A stretch of DNA of 45,850 nt from Promethearchaeota archaeon (GTDB taxonomy: Archaea; Asgardarchaeota; Lokiarchaeia; Sigyniarchaeales; SOKP01). Position numbers and translations under genes: made by a program. The stretch spans positions 1-45,850 of the forward strand of contig JBHLMP010000031.1 of the NCBI GenBank assembly GCA_048938025.1, given 5' to 3'. Below the pieces are notes generated by a model. The model worked only from the letters and a program-made list of their open reading frames with translations. It was not told the DNA's origin and searched no databases. Positions 39,172-45,850 of the stretch are shown piece after piece; positions within the stretch are counted from its first letter, which is position 1, and each line of letters begins with the position of its first letter.

Positions 39172-40293
39172 ATGAAATTAGCAAAAATTTATGGGATTGA
39201 AATAAAGTTACATCTTAGTACCTTGTTAATCATAGGATTAATTGGTTTCTACGCTGCCAATTTTTATTCTTTAATATTTCCTAGTGCTTCATTGATCGAG
39301 TTGTTTGTTGTAGGAATAATTAGTGGTTTAATCATTTTGGTTTCAATTTTGATTCATGAATTAGCACACTCGATTGTAGCACAAAAATATGGGTTAAAAG
39401 TATCAGAAATTGAACTATATTTATTTGGAGGTGTTTCTAAAATTGAAGAGGAACCAAATACTCCTAAGAGTGAGATGATTATCGCTGCTGTTGGTCCATT
39501 GTCAAGTTTAATAATAGGAGCAATGTTTTTAACTTTCATTTATTCGATACCAATAGCTTTGCCAGCTTTTGTTTTTATTATTTTACTCTACACAGGGATT
39601 TCAAATATTAGTTTAGGTGTCTTTAATTTAATACCAGCTTTTCCAATTGATGGTGGAAGAATTCTTAGGGCTTATCTATGGTCTAAAAGAGATAACATAG
39701 TTTCAGCAACTAAAACAGCATCTAAGATCGGAACTTATTTTGCATACGGTCTTATAGCATACGGTATTTTCCAAATCTTTCTATATGGGTTTTTAAATGG
39801 TCTTTGGTTAATTATAATCGGGTTTTTTTTGAGTAATCAAACTAAAGCTTCATATTTTCAAATTCTAAATGAAATGACGTTGTCAAAAATAAATGCTCGA
39901 GATATGGTAAGTATGCCTAGATTAGCAATTCCTTTTAATATGATGATTAATGATGCAATAAGAGAATATTTCATGCTATATAAGAAATCTTATTTCCCGG
40001 TAATTCAGGGAGATAAAATAGTGGGCATAATTCATATAGAAGATATAAAAAAGACTCCAATTGAACTTAGAGCAAATTATATTGTAGGTTATGCTATGAG
40101 AAATATTTCTGATTTTCCTACTATTAATGAACTTGATAATGGAAAAGAAGCACTAAAAAAAATAAGACTATTAAAAACCAAACCAAACTTAGTGGTAGTA
40201 AAAAATGATAGTGGTTATGTCTTAGGCTTGATTGGAAAAGATGAATTATCTTCATCCTTAAGATTTTGCAAGTTAAATCCTGAAAATTGTTAA
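39172..40293 (+). CDS. Site-2 protease (M50) with CBS domains
   Basis: HELAH, FNLIPAFPIDGG, C-terminal CBS pair. Confidence 0.93.
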   Translation: MKLAKIYGIEIKLHLSTLLIIGLIGFYAANFYSLIFPSASLIELFVVGIISGLIILVSILIHELAHSIVAQKYGLKVSEIELYLFGGVSKIEEEPNTPKSEMIIAAVGPLSSLIIGAMFLTFIYSIPIALPAFVFIILLYTGISNISLGVFNLIPAFPIDGGRILRAYLWSKRDNIVSATKTASKIGTYFAYGLIAYGIFQIFLYGFLNGLWLIIIGFFLSNQTKASYFQILNEMTLSKINARDMVSMPRLAIPFNMMINDAIREYFMLYKKSYFPVIQGDKIVGIIHIEDIKKTPIELRANYIVGYAMRNISDFPTINELDNGKEALKKIRLLKTKPNLVVVKNDSGYVLGLIGKDELSSSLRFCKLNPENC

Positions 40294-40353
40294 TATATTT
40301 TATTTTTTTTAATCATTACTTTATAGAAAGTTAATAATCTTTAAAGTATTAAA

Positions 40354-40899
40354 TTATTTGAGATAAAAATTAAGCTCCTCTATACAAATGTCCTTTTGTG
40401 GATCATTTTCAAGAAAGTTTATCTCAATTTTTTTTATCTTCTCTCCCAAGAGATTTTTAAAGGCAGTTTCAAAATAACCTTTATTTACTCTACAAAAAGA
40501 CTTTCCATATTTTAGTTTATCCCTATGTTTTATCGGTTCCCGTAAGAAACAATGGTTTTCAATCTCAATCCGAACTAAATCATCATGATATTCGATTTCT
40601 CTAACTTTTATTGAATAAAATTCTTTTAATTCACCAGCTAATATTTTGAGTGCTTCTATTATCTCAAACTCATTTTTCTTATATTTCTTTTTTAACCTTT
40701 TTGATATTACTTCACCGGGACCTACTCCTATTTGGTATAACATAGAAAGGAGACTATTTCTTCCAAAAAGATCTAAAATTTTATAAACCAAAGCCTCAGA
40801 TATAATTTCAAATCCTTTTAGTGAATTAATATTTTCTATAGGATTGAATATTTTTTTGTTTAATTCTTCTTTAAAATCATCCAATATGTAAATCCCCAA
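40354..40899 (-). CDS. Hypothetical V4R/HNOB-like domain protein
   Basis: LYQIGVGPG, HCFLRE, FCRVNKGYF and ICIE cysteine pattern. Confidence 0.55.
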   Translation of the reverse strand: MGIYILDDFKEELNKKIFNPIENINSLKGFEIISEALVYKILDLFGRNSLLSMLYQIGVGPGEVISKRLKKKYKKNEFEIIEALKILAGELKEFYSIKVREIEYHDDLVRIEIENHCFLREPIKHRDKLKYGKSFCRVNKGYFETAFKNLLGEKIKKIEINFLENDPQKDICIEELNFYLK

Positions 40900-41022
40900 T
40901 AACTAAGAATTTATAGAACTAAAAGCATAACATTAACTAATAAAAAGAACAAACTTATTTATTAAAAATTTATTTCTTTTTCAAATTTTTGTGAATTTAT
41001 TAAAAAAAAAATTGAATTTAAA

Positions 41023-42177
41023 TTAAAGTATTGCTGTTCGTCGCTGGAATAAAATAATTCCAAGGATAGTTAATACAAAACCAAAACCCAACATAACTAG
41101 TATATCTGTACCAAGAGCTTCCCATGTGGTGACACCAGACACCATTATAAGCCGCATAGCATGATTAGCATATGTTGTGGGTATATAATCTGATACTGGA
41201 TTGTCAATAAGAAAAAATACGCCACCTAAAAATTGGAGTGGGAGAATAATAAACCATGCTAGTCCCCCCGCAGATGATTGAGATTTAGTAAGTGATGCCA
41301 AAAGTAATCCAAATCCTAAACAAGTAAAAGCGAATAGCATAGGAACTAAAATCAGAAGAAAAATATTAACTCCAGGAGAAAAATATGCTCCAAAGAGAAA
41401 AAGCAGAAGTATTAAAATTACTATTTGGACTAATATAACAAGAAGTTGCGAGATCATTCCAGAGAATAAAATATTACGTCTAGCGACTGGTGTTGTATTT
41501 AACCTTTTTAGTGTTCCTGTTTCTTTTTCTTCTGCAAAATGTAATGCTAATTGGCTAATACAAACTGTAATACCAGCAATAATGAAACCAGGAGCCGTAT
41601 AGTCGAATGATGTTAATTGAACTGTATTTGAATAACGATTTATATCAATTTCAGAGGGGGTACCGTTATTATAATATATGATAATATTGTCCACAATTTG
41701 TTTAATAATTGAGCTAATAACACCTTCAGCTACTGGATCTGGGATTGTTGTTATAGAAATTTTAGCTGTTTCGTTATTAAGTATTGCCTCAGTAAAATTA
41801 ACGGGAATATATATAATTGCATCAATTTCTTCAAATTTTAACTCCTTCTCCGCTTCTTTTTGAGTATAGCTAGTTTTATTTAGGTTGATAAAGTCAGACA
41901 AATTAGTTTCAATTATTCCAATAAGAAGTAGTGAATAATCATCAGGTGGTTGTTGACTATCCTCATTAAAAACAATAACATCATATTTTGGACGAGCTGC
42001 CGTAAAACCGAATGCCAATGAAAATACAACAATTAAAATAAAGGGATATCCAATTATCCATAGCATTTGAGTTCTATCTCGAAACATAGTCTTTATATTC
42101 TTAATGGATAAAGATAGAATATGTCCTTTATACTTTTTCTTCTTTTTAGTTTTTCGCGTTCTATTTACCATATTCAT
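41023..42177 (-). CDS. ABC-2 transporter permease
   Basis: EEKETGTLKRLNTTP, large extracellular loop, ~6 TM; overlaps the ATPase stop (ATGA). Confidence 0.9.
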   Translation of the reverse strand: MNMVNRTRKTKKKKKYKGHILSLSIKNIKTMFRDRTQMLWIIGYPFILIVVFSLAFGFTAARPKYDVIVFNEDSQQPPDDYSLLLIGIIETNLSDFINLNKTSYTQKEAEKELKFEEIDAIIYIPVNFTEAILNNETAKISITTIPDPVAEGVISSIIKQIVDNIIIYYNNGTPSEIDINRYSNTVQLTSFDYTAPGFIIAGITVCISQLALHFAEEKETGTLKRLNTTPVARRNILFSGMISQLLVILVQIVILILLLFLFGAYFSPGVNIFLLILVPMLFAFTCLGFGLLLASLTKSQSSAGGLAWFIILPLQFLGGVFFLIDNPVSDYIPTTYANHAMRLIMVSGVTTWEALGTDILVMLGFGFVLTILGIILFQRRTAIL

Positions 42178-43124
42178 ACATCTCTCAACCTCCTACCTGT
42201 TAAATCAATAAAAACATCCTCCAAAGTATTGTTTCTAATTGAAATATCGAGCATTTTTACTTCTACGGTATCTAAAATCTCGTTAATTCGACGCAGCCCA
42301 TCTAAAGCATTCAAAATAATTCGATGCTTTCCTACTGCTTTACTCCACTTAATAAAATCGAGTTTATCAACACGTTGAATAACATCTTCTCTGTTAACAT
42401 TATCTTTTACTTTAAATTCTATTACATCACCCTTTCCAATCCGTCCTTTTAATTCTTTTGGGGTTCCCTGAGCAATTATTTTTCCATGATCAATAATTAC
42501 TAATTCATCTGAGAGATCATCAGCTTCCTCCATATTATGTGTTGTTAATATTATAGTTGACTCTTTTTTTTGAAAATCTCTTATAAAGTCCCAAACTACA
42601 CGTCTACTCTGTGGATCGAGCCCTGCGGTTGGTTCATCAAAAATAACGATTTCTGGATCATGAATCACTGCCATTAATACATTAACTCGCCGTTTCATCC
42701 CGCCTGAATATGTTTTTACAAGAGAATCAGCTCTTTCTAGTAATCCCATACGGTCTAATAGTTCATCTGTTTTTTTTTTATATTCTGTTTTATTCATACC
42801 ATGCATTTTAGCAATTAAGTTAATATTTTCTCTTGCTGTTAATCGTTCATAAAGAACAATCTCTTGAGGACATACTCCTATGATTTGTCTTATTTTTTTA
42901 GCATCTTTATGAATATCATATCCTAATATCTTAGCGGTACCACTGGTAGGTGGAAGAATAGTACTTAGCATTGATATTGTGGTTGTTTTACCAGCCCCAT
43001 TTGGACCTAAAAGTCCATACAATGAGCCTTTTTGAATTTGTAAATCAATACCATCAACAGCATGTATATCACCAAAATGCTTTTTTAAATTTATAGTTTC
43101 GATAGCTATTTCCATAATCATCAC
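42174..43124 (-). CDS. ABC transporter ATP-binding protein (DrrA-like)
   Basis: GPNGAGKTT, YSGGMKRR, FDEPTAGLDP, TTH. Confidence 0.95.
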   Translation of the reverse strand: MMIMEIAIETINLKKHFGDIHAVDGIDLQIQKGSLYGLLGPNGAGKTTTISMLSTILPPTSGTAKILGYDIHKDAKKIRQIIGVCPQEIVLYERLTARENINLIAKMHGMNKTEYKKKTDELLDRMGLLERADSLVKTYSGGMKRRVNVLMAVIHDPEIVIFDEPTAGLDPQSRRVVWDFIRDFQKKESTIILTTHNMEEADDLSDELVIIDHGKIIAQGTPKELKGRIGKGDVIEFKVKDNVNREDVIQRVDKLDFIKWSKAVGKHRIILNALDGLRRINEILDTVEVKMLDISIRNNTLEDVFIDLTGRRLRDV

Positions 43125-43277
43125 ATTTTTATTGTTAAATTTTCGATATACTTATTTTAATTTTCTCATATTAAAAATTATCCTATATTGATAAGCTAAA
43201 AAAAATGATTTTAATTTAAGAAAACTATTAGCATATGAAATTAGAAAAGAAATTGAAGATATTAAAAAATAACGAGA

Positions 43278-43820
43278 TTAAATTGCGATTGTATCAAGTA
43301 CATTTTCAAATTCTTTATAATCAGGTAAAGTTTCAAGGCAAATTGAAACATTCTTTAAATTTTGATTTTTTTCTAAAACATATTTTTTAATTGTAGGAAG
43401 CATCACTTCAGCACATAATTTGGCTGTGAAACCTAACATATTTTTAGAAATAGGAGGCATTACGAGAGAAGTTAAACCAGCTTCATCTGCGATTTTTAAC
43501 GAGTTCCACGTAGACAACATTAATTTTTTTGCTTCGTTCCCTTGACCTAATTTGGGCCCATTTATGTGAATAATATAATTTTTTAAATTGCCACCTGAAG
43601 TTATTACTGCGCTCCCTACAGCAACTTTTATGATCTTATTAATAATTCTATTACATTCAACTTGTACTGTTACGCCTGCTTTTCTTAAAACCTTACAACG
43701 TAATTCTCCACTTGGTAAAAGGCGACTGTTTGTAGGGATTACTAATCCATCATATTCTGTATTGGTTAAGTCTCCTACAAAAATCTCTATAATAGAATTC
43801 TTAATGGTTAATTGGTTCAT
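43278..43820 (-). CDS. Macrodomain protein (degenerate)
   Basis: VGDLT, PTNSRL, GSAVITSGGNL, IIHINGP; the Gly-rich loops are altered. Confidence 0.85.
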   Translation of the reverse strand: MNQLTIKNSIIEIFVGDLTNTEYDGLVIPTNSRLLPSGELRCKVLRKAGVTVQVECNRIINKIIKVAVGSAVITSGGNLKNYIIHINGPKLGQGNEAKKLMLSTWNSLKIADEAGLTSLVMPPISKNMLGFTAKLCAEVMLPTIKKYVLEKNQNLKNVSICLETLPDYKEFENVLDTIAI

Positions 43821-43871
43821 TACAAAAATAGCCTAAAAGATCATATTTATATTTTTTTTATTACAAAGAAT

Positions 43872-44372
43872 TTAGGAATTCTTATTGGATTCATTTATTT
43901 TAATTATTTTTTTTACAAGTTTTTCTACGTTCTCGTCCACAATATCAAGAATTTTGTTATAATTTTCAACTCCAGTTTTGTATGGATCAGGAATGTTTAA
44001 ATCATGTTTATCTGCTCCATTGAATTGTTTTAAAGTAAATAATTTACCCTTAAGATTTTCTTTTAGATCTTTAAATTTTTTTCTAAGTTTAATTAGATGG
44101 TATCTTTCCATTCCAATGATAAGATCTTGGTTTTCAATTAGTTCTCTTGTAATAAGCTTTGGATGGAACGCTTGAATATTAATCCCTTTCTTTTTTATAT
44201 AATTAATTGTTTCAGGTTGAGCGTTTGAAAAAGCATCATGCCATCCTGCAGAGTCAAATATGACATCCTTTAACCCATATTGGTTAGTATAAAAGCGTGC
44301 AAGATGCTCTGCTGCAGGAGTTCTACACGTATTTGCATAACATATGAACAAAATTCTCTTAACTTTAGGCAT
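43872..44372 (-). CDS. Low-molecular-weight protein phosphatase, paralog 3
   Basis: P-loop CYANTCRT, DSAG, IPDPY. Confidence 0.9.
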   Translation of the reverse strand: MPKVKRILFICYANTCRTPAAEHLARFYTNQYGLKDVIFDSAGWHDAFSNAQPETINYIKKKGINIQAFHPKLITRELIENQDLIIGMERYHLIKLRKKFKDLKENLKGKLFTLKQFNGADKHDLNIPDPYKTGVENYNKILDIVDENVEKLVKKIIKINESNKNS

Positions 44373-44388
44373 TATTCGAATTTTTTGA

Positions 44389-44871
44389 TTATTTATCCTT
44401 TTGATTAATTATTATTACTTTTTTAACCAATTCTTCAATATTTTCATCAATTTGTATTAAAACCTTATAATAAGTTTCTTTATTTGTATAATAAGGATCT
44501 AGAATATCTAAGTCAGTTATTTCTCCATTAAATTCTCTTAATGTAAAAGTTTTATTATCTATATCTTTTATATTATTAAAATTACTTTTTATCTGATTTG
44601 CATGATGTCGTTCCATTGTTATAATTAAATCTTGTTTTTCTAGTAATTTTTTATTAATTATTTTTGGTTTGAAATCAGAATAATTAATTCCTTTAGAATC
44701 TAGAAAAACTTGTGATTCAGGCAAAATGGTCGAAAATGCGTTTATAAAGCCAGCGCTGTCAAAAACTAAATTAGCATTATACTTTTCAGAATAAAATTGT
44801 CCTAAGTAGGAACCAACTGGACTTCTTGCTGCGTTTCCAGTACACACTATGAGAATTTTACGGATTTTCAT
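44389..44871 (-). CDS. Low-molecular-weight protein phosphatase, paralog 2
   Basis: P-loop CTGNAARS, DSAG, ILDPY. Confidence 0.9.
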   Translation of the reverse strand: MKIRKILIVCTGNAARSPVGSYLGQFYSEKYNANLVFDSAGFINAFSTILPESQVFLDSKGINYSDFKPKIINKKLLEKQDLIITMERHHANQIKSNFNNIKDIDNKTFTLREFNGEITDLDILDPYYTNKETYYKVLIQIDENIEELVKKVIIINQKDK

Positions 44872-44873
44872 TG

Positions 44874-45371
44874 CTATTCCTTATTCCTCATCCCTATTAT
44901 TTTTTCAATTGCCTTAATTACTCCTCCTTCAATTCTTTCAAGAACTTTATTATATTCATTTTGAGGTAAATAAAATGGATCTTTAATTTCTAAATTATCC
45001 TTTTCACCAGCAAAATCTAATAATAAAAAAAGCTTATTATCCAAATCTCTTAAATTTTTGAACCTTCTTTTCAATTTATTGATATGCCACTTTTCTTCAA
45101 AACCAAGAATTAAGTTCTGTTTCTGTATTAATTCTTCATCAATTCTTTTTGCAACAAAATCATTTACTTCAATTCCCTTCGATTTTAAATATTTTAATGT
45201 ACCTTCCTGGGGTGTCTCATAATAGCGATAGAGACCAGCAGAATCGAAGTAAACATCCTTTAATTCTTCTCTATACTTATTATTTTTATACCATTTTGCC
45301 AAATATTCTGCTGCGACTGATCTACATGTATTTCCGCTACATAAAAACAATATGTGATATTTTTCAGGCAT
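44874..45371 (-). CDS. Low-molecular-weight protein phosphatase, paralog 1
   Basis: P-loop CSGNTCRS, DSAG, IKDPF. Confidence 0.9.
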   Translation of the reverse strand: MPEKYHILFLCSGNTCRSVAAEYLAKWYKNNKYREELKDVYFDSAGLYRYYETPQEGTLKYLKSKGIEVNDFVAKRIDEELIQKQNLILGFEEKWHINKLKRRFKNLRDLDNKLFLLLDFAGEKDNLEIKDPFYLPQNEYNKVLERIEGGVIKAIEKIIGMRNKE

Positions 45372-45553
45372 TTTTTATTTAAACTTAAACACTTTTTATT
45401 ATTTTCGTCATAAATTGCTCAGAATAGGAGAACAAGATATCTTTAATTTATTCCATACCTTAATTTACTAAAAATTAATTAATTCAAAAAAGAATTATTA
45501 TTTACTTTAATAAGTATTAAATTAATAGCATTCTAGTTTGTAGAGAATAGAAA

Positions 45554-45850
45554 ATGGACAACGAGATAACCTTTAAAGAATATAAAGAAAGCATTGAATC
45601 CTTATTTTCTCCCAAATCGAGTTATACTTTTTTGGTGGGAGCAGGAATTTCTATGGATCCTCCAACTAGCATGCCCTCTGCTTGGGAAATCGTAAGAGGT
45701 TTGTTGGAACTATTTGCACCATCAGAGGAAATAGATAATTTACTTTCTCTTAACATGTTAAGATTCGAATTAACTGTAGAAAAGATTAAAAACGAATTTG
45801 ATGAAGATTTAAGGTTTCTAGACTATTTGGAGTATGTTACAGAACCAAAT
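45554..45850 (+). CDS. SIR2-like domain protein, N-terminal part (runs off the window)
   Basis: Hand translation MDNEITFKEY...TFLVGAGISMDPPTSMPSAWEIV...VTEPN contains the GAGxS sirtuin motif; not in the ORF track. Confidence 0.8.
   Translation, partial: MDNEITFKEYKESIESLFSPKSSYTFLVGAGISMDPPTSMPSAWEIVRGLLELFAPSEEIDNLLSLNMLRFELTVEKIKNEFDEDLRFLDYLEYVTEPN

Noticed and set aside
43872-45371. Arsenate reductase (arsC) operon
   Set aside because: No distal redox cysteines and no arsR/acr3 neighbours.
2930-45382. Numerous short antisense or overlapping ORFs in the track (e.g. 2930-3322, 7217-7591, 18745-19104, 36436-36807, 45149-45382)
   Set aside because: They shadow well-supported genes and show no recognisable motifs.

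Overview
AT-rich archaeal chromosome segment whose gene content points to Asgard archaea of the Lokiarchaeia type: a eukaryote-like SECIS, a longin/DENN-like small-GTPase fusion, geranylgeranyl reductase and HdrA/MvhD. The ORF track misses or breaks several features. (1) A selenocysteine-recoded hdrA-mvhD bicistron (4586-7031) has four in-frame UGA codons at conserved Cys positions and a single eukaryote-type AUGA/GA SECIS (7038-7109) after the second gene, followed by an FdhB/FrhB-like subunit. (2) A GC-rich secreted beta-propeller gene at the left edge (<1-1309, minus) has seven 156-nt repeats with a near-invariant scaffold and a few hypervariable codons. (3) A SIR2-like gene at the right edge is divergent from a cluster of three LMW phosphatase genes and a degenerate macrodomain gene. 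The rest is mostly metabolism, transport and hypothetical genes. No rRNA, tRNA, CRISPR array, transposase or reverse transcriptase was recognised. All product calls come from motif recognition by eye, not database searches.
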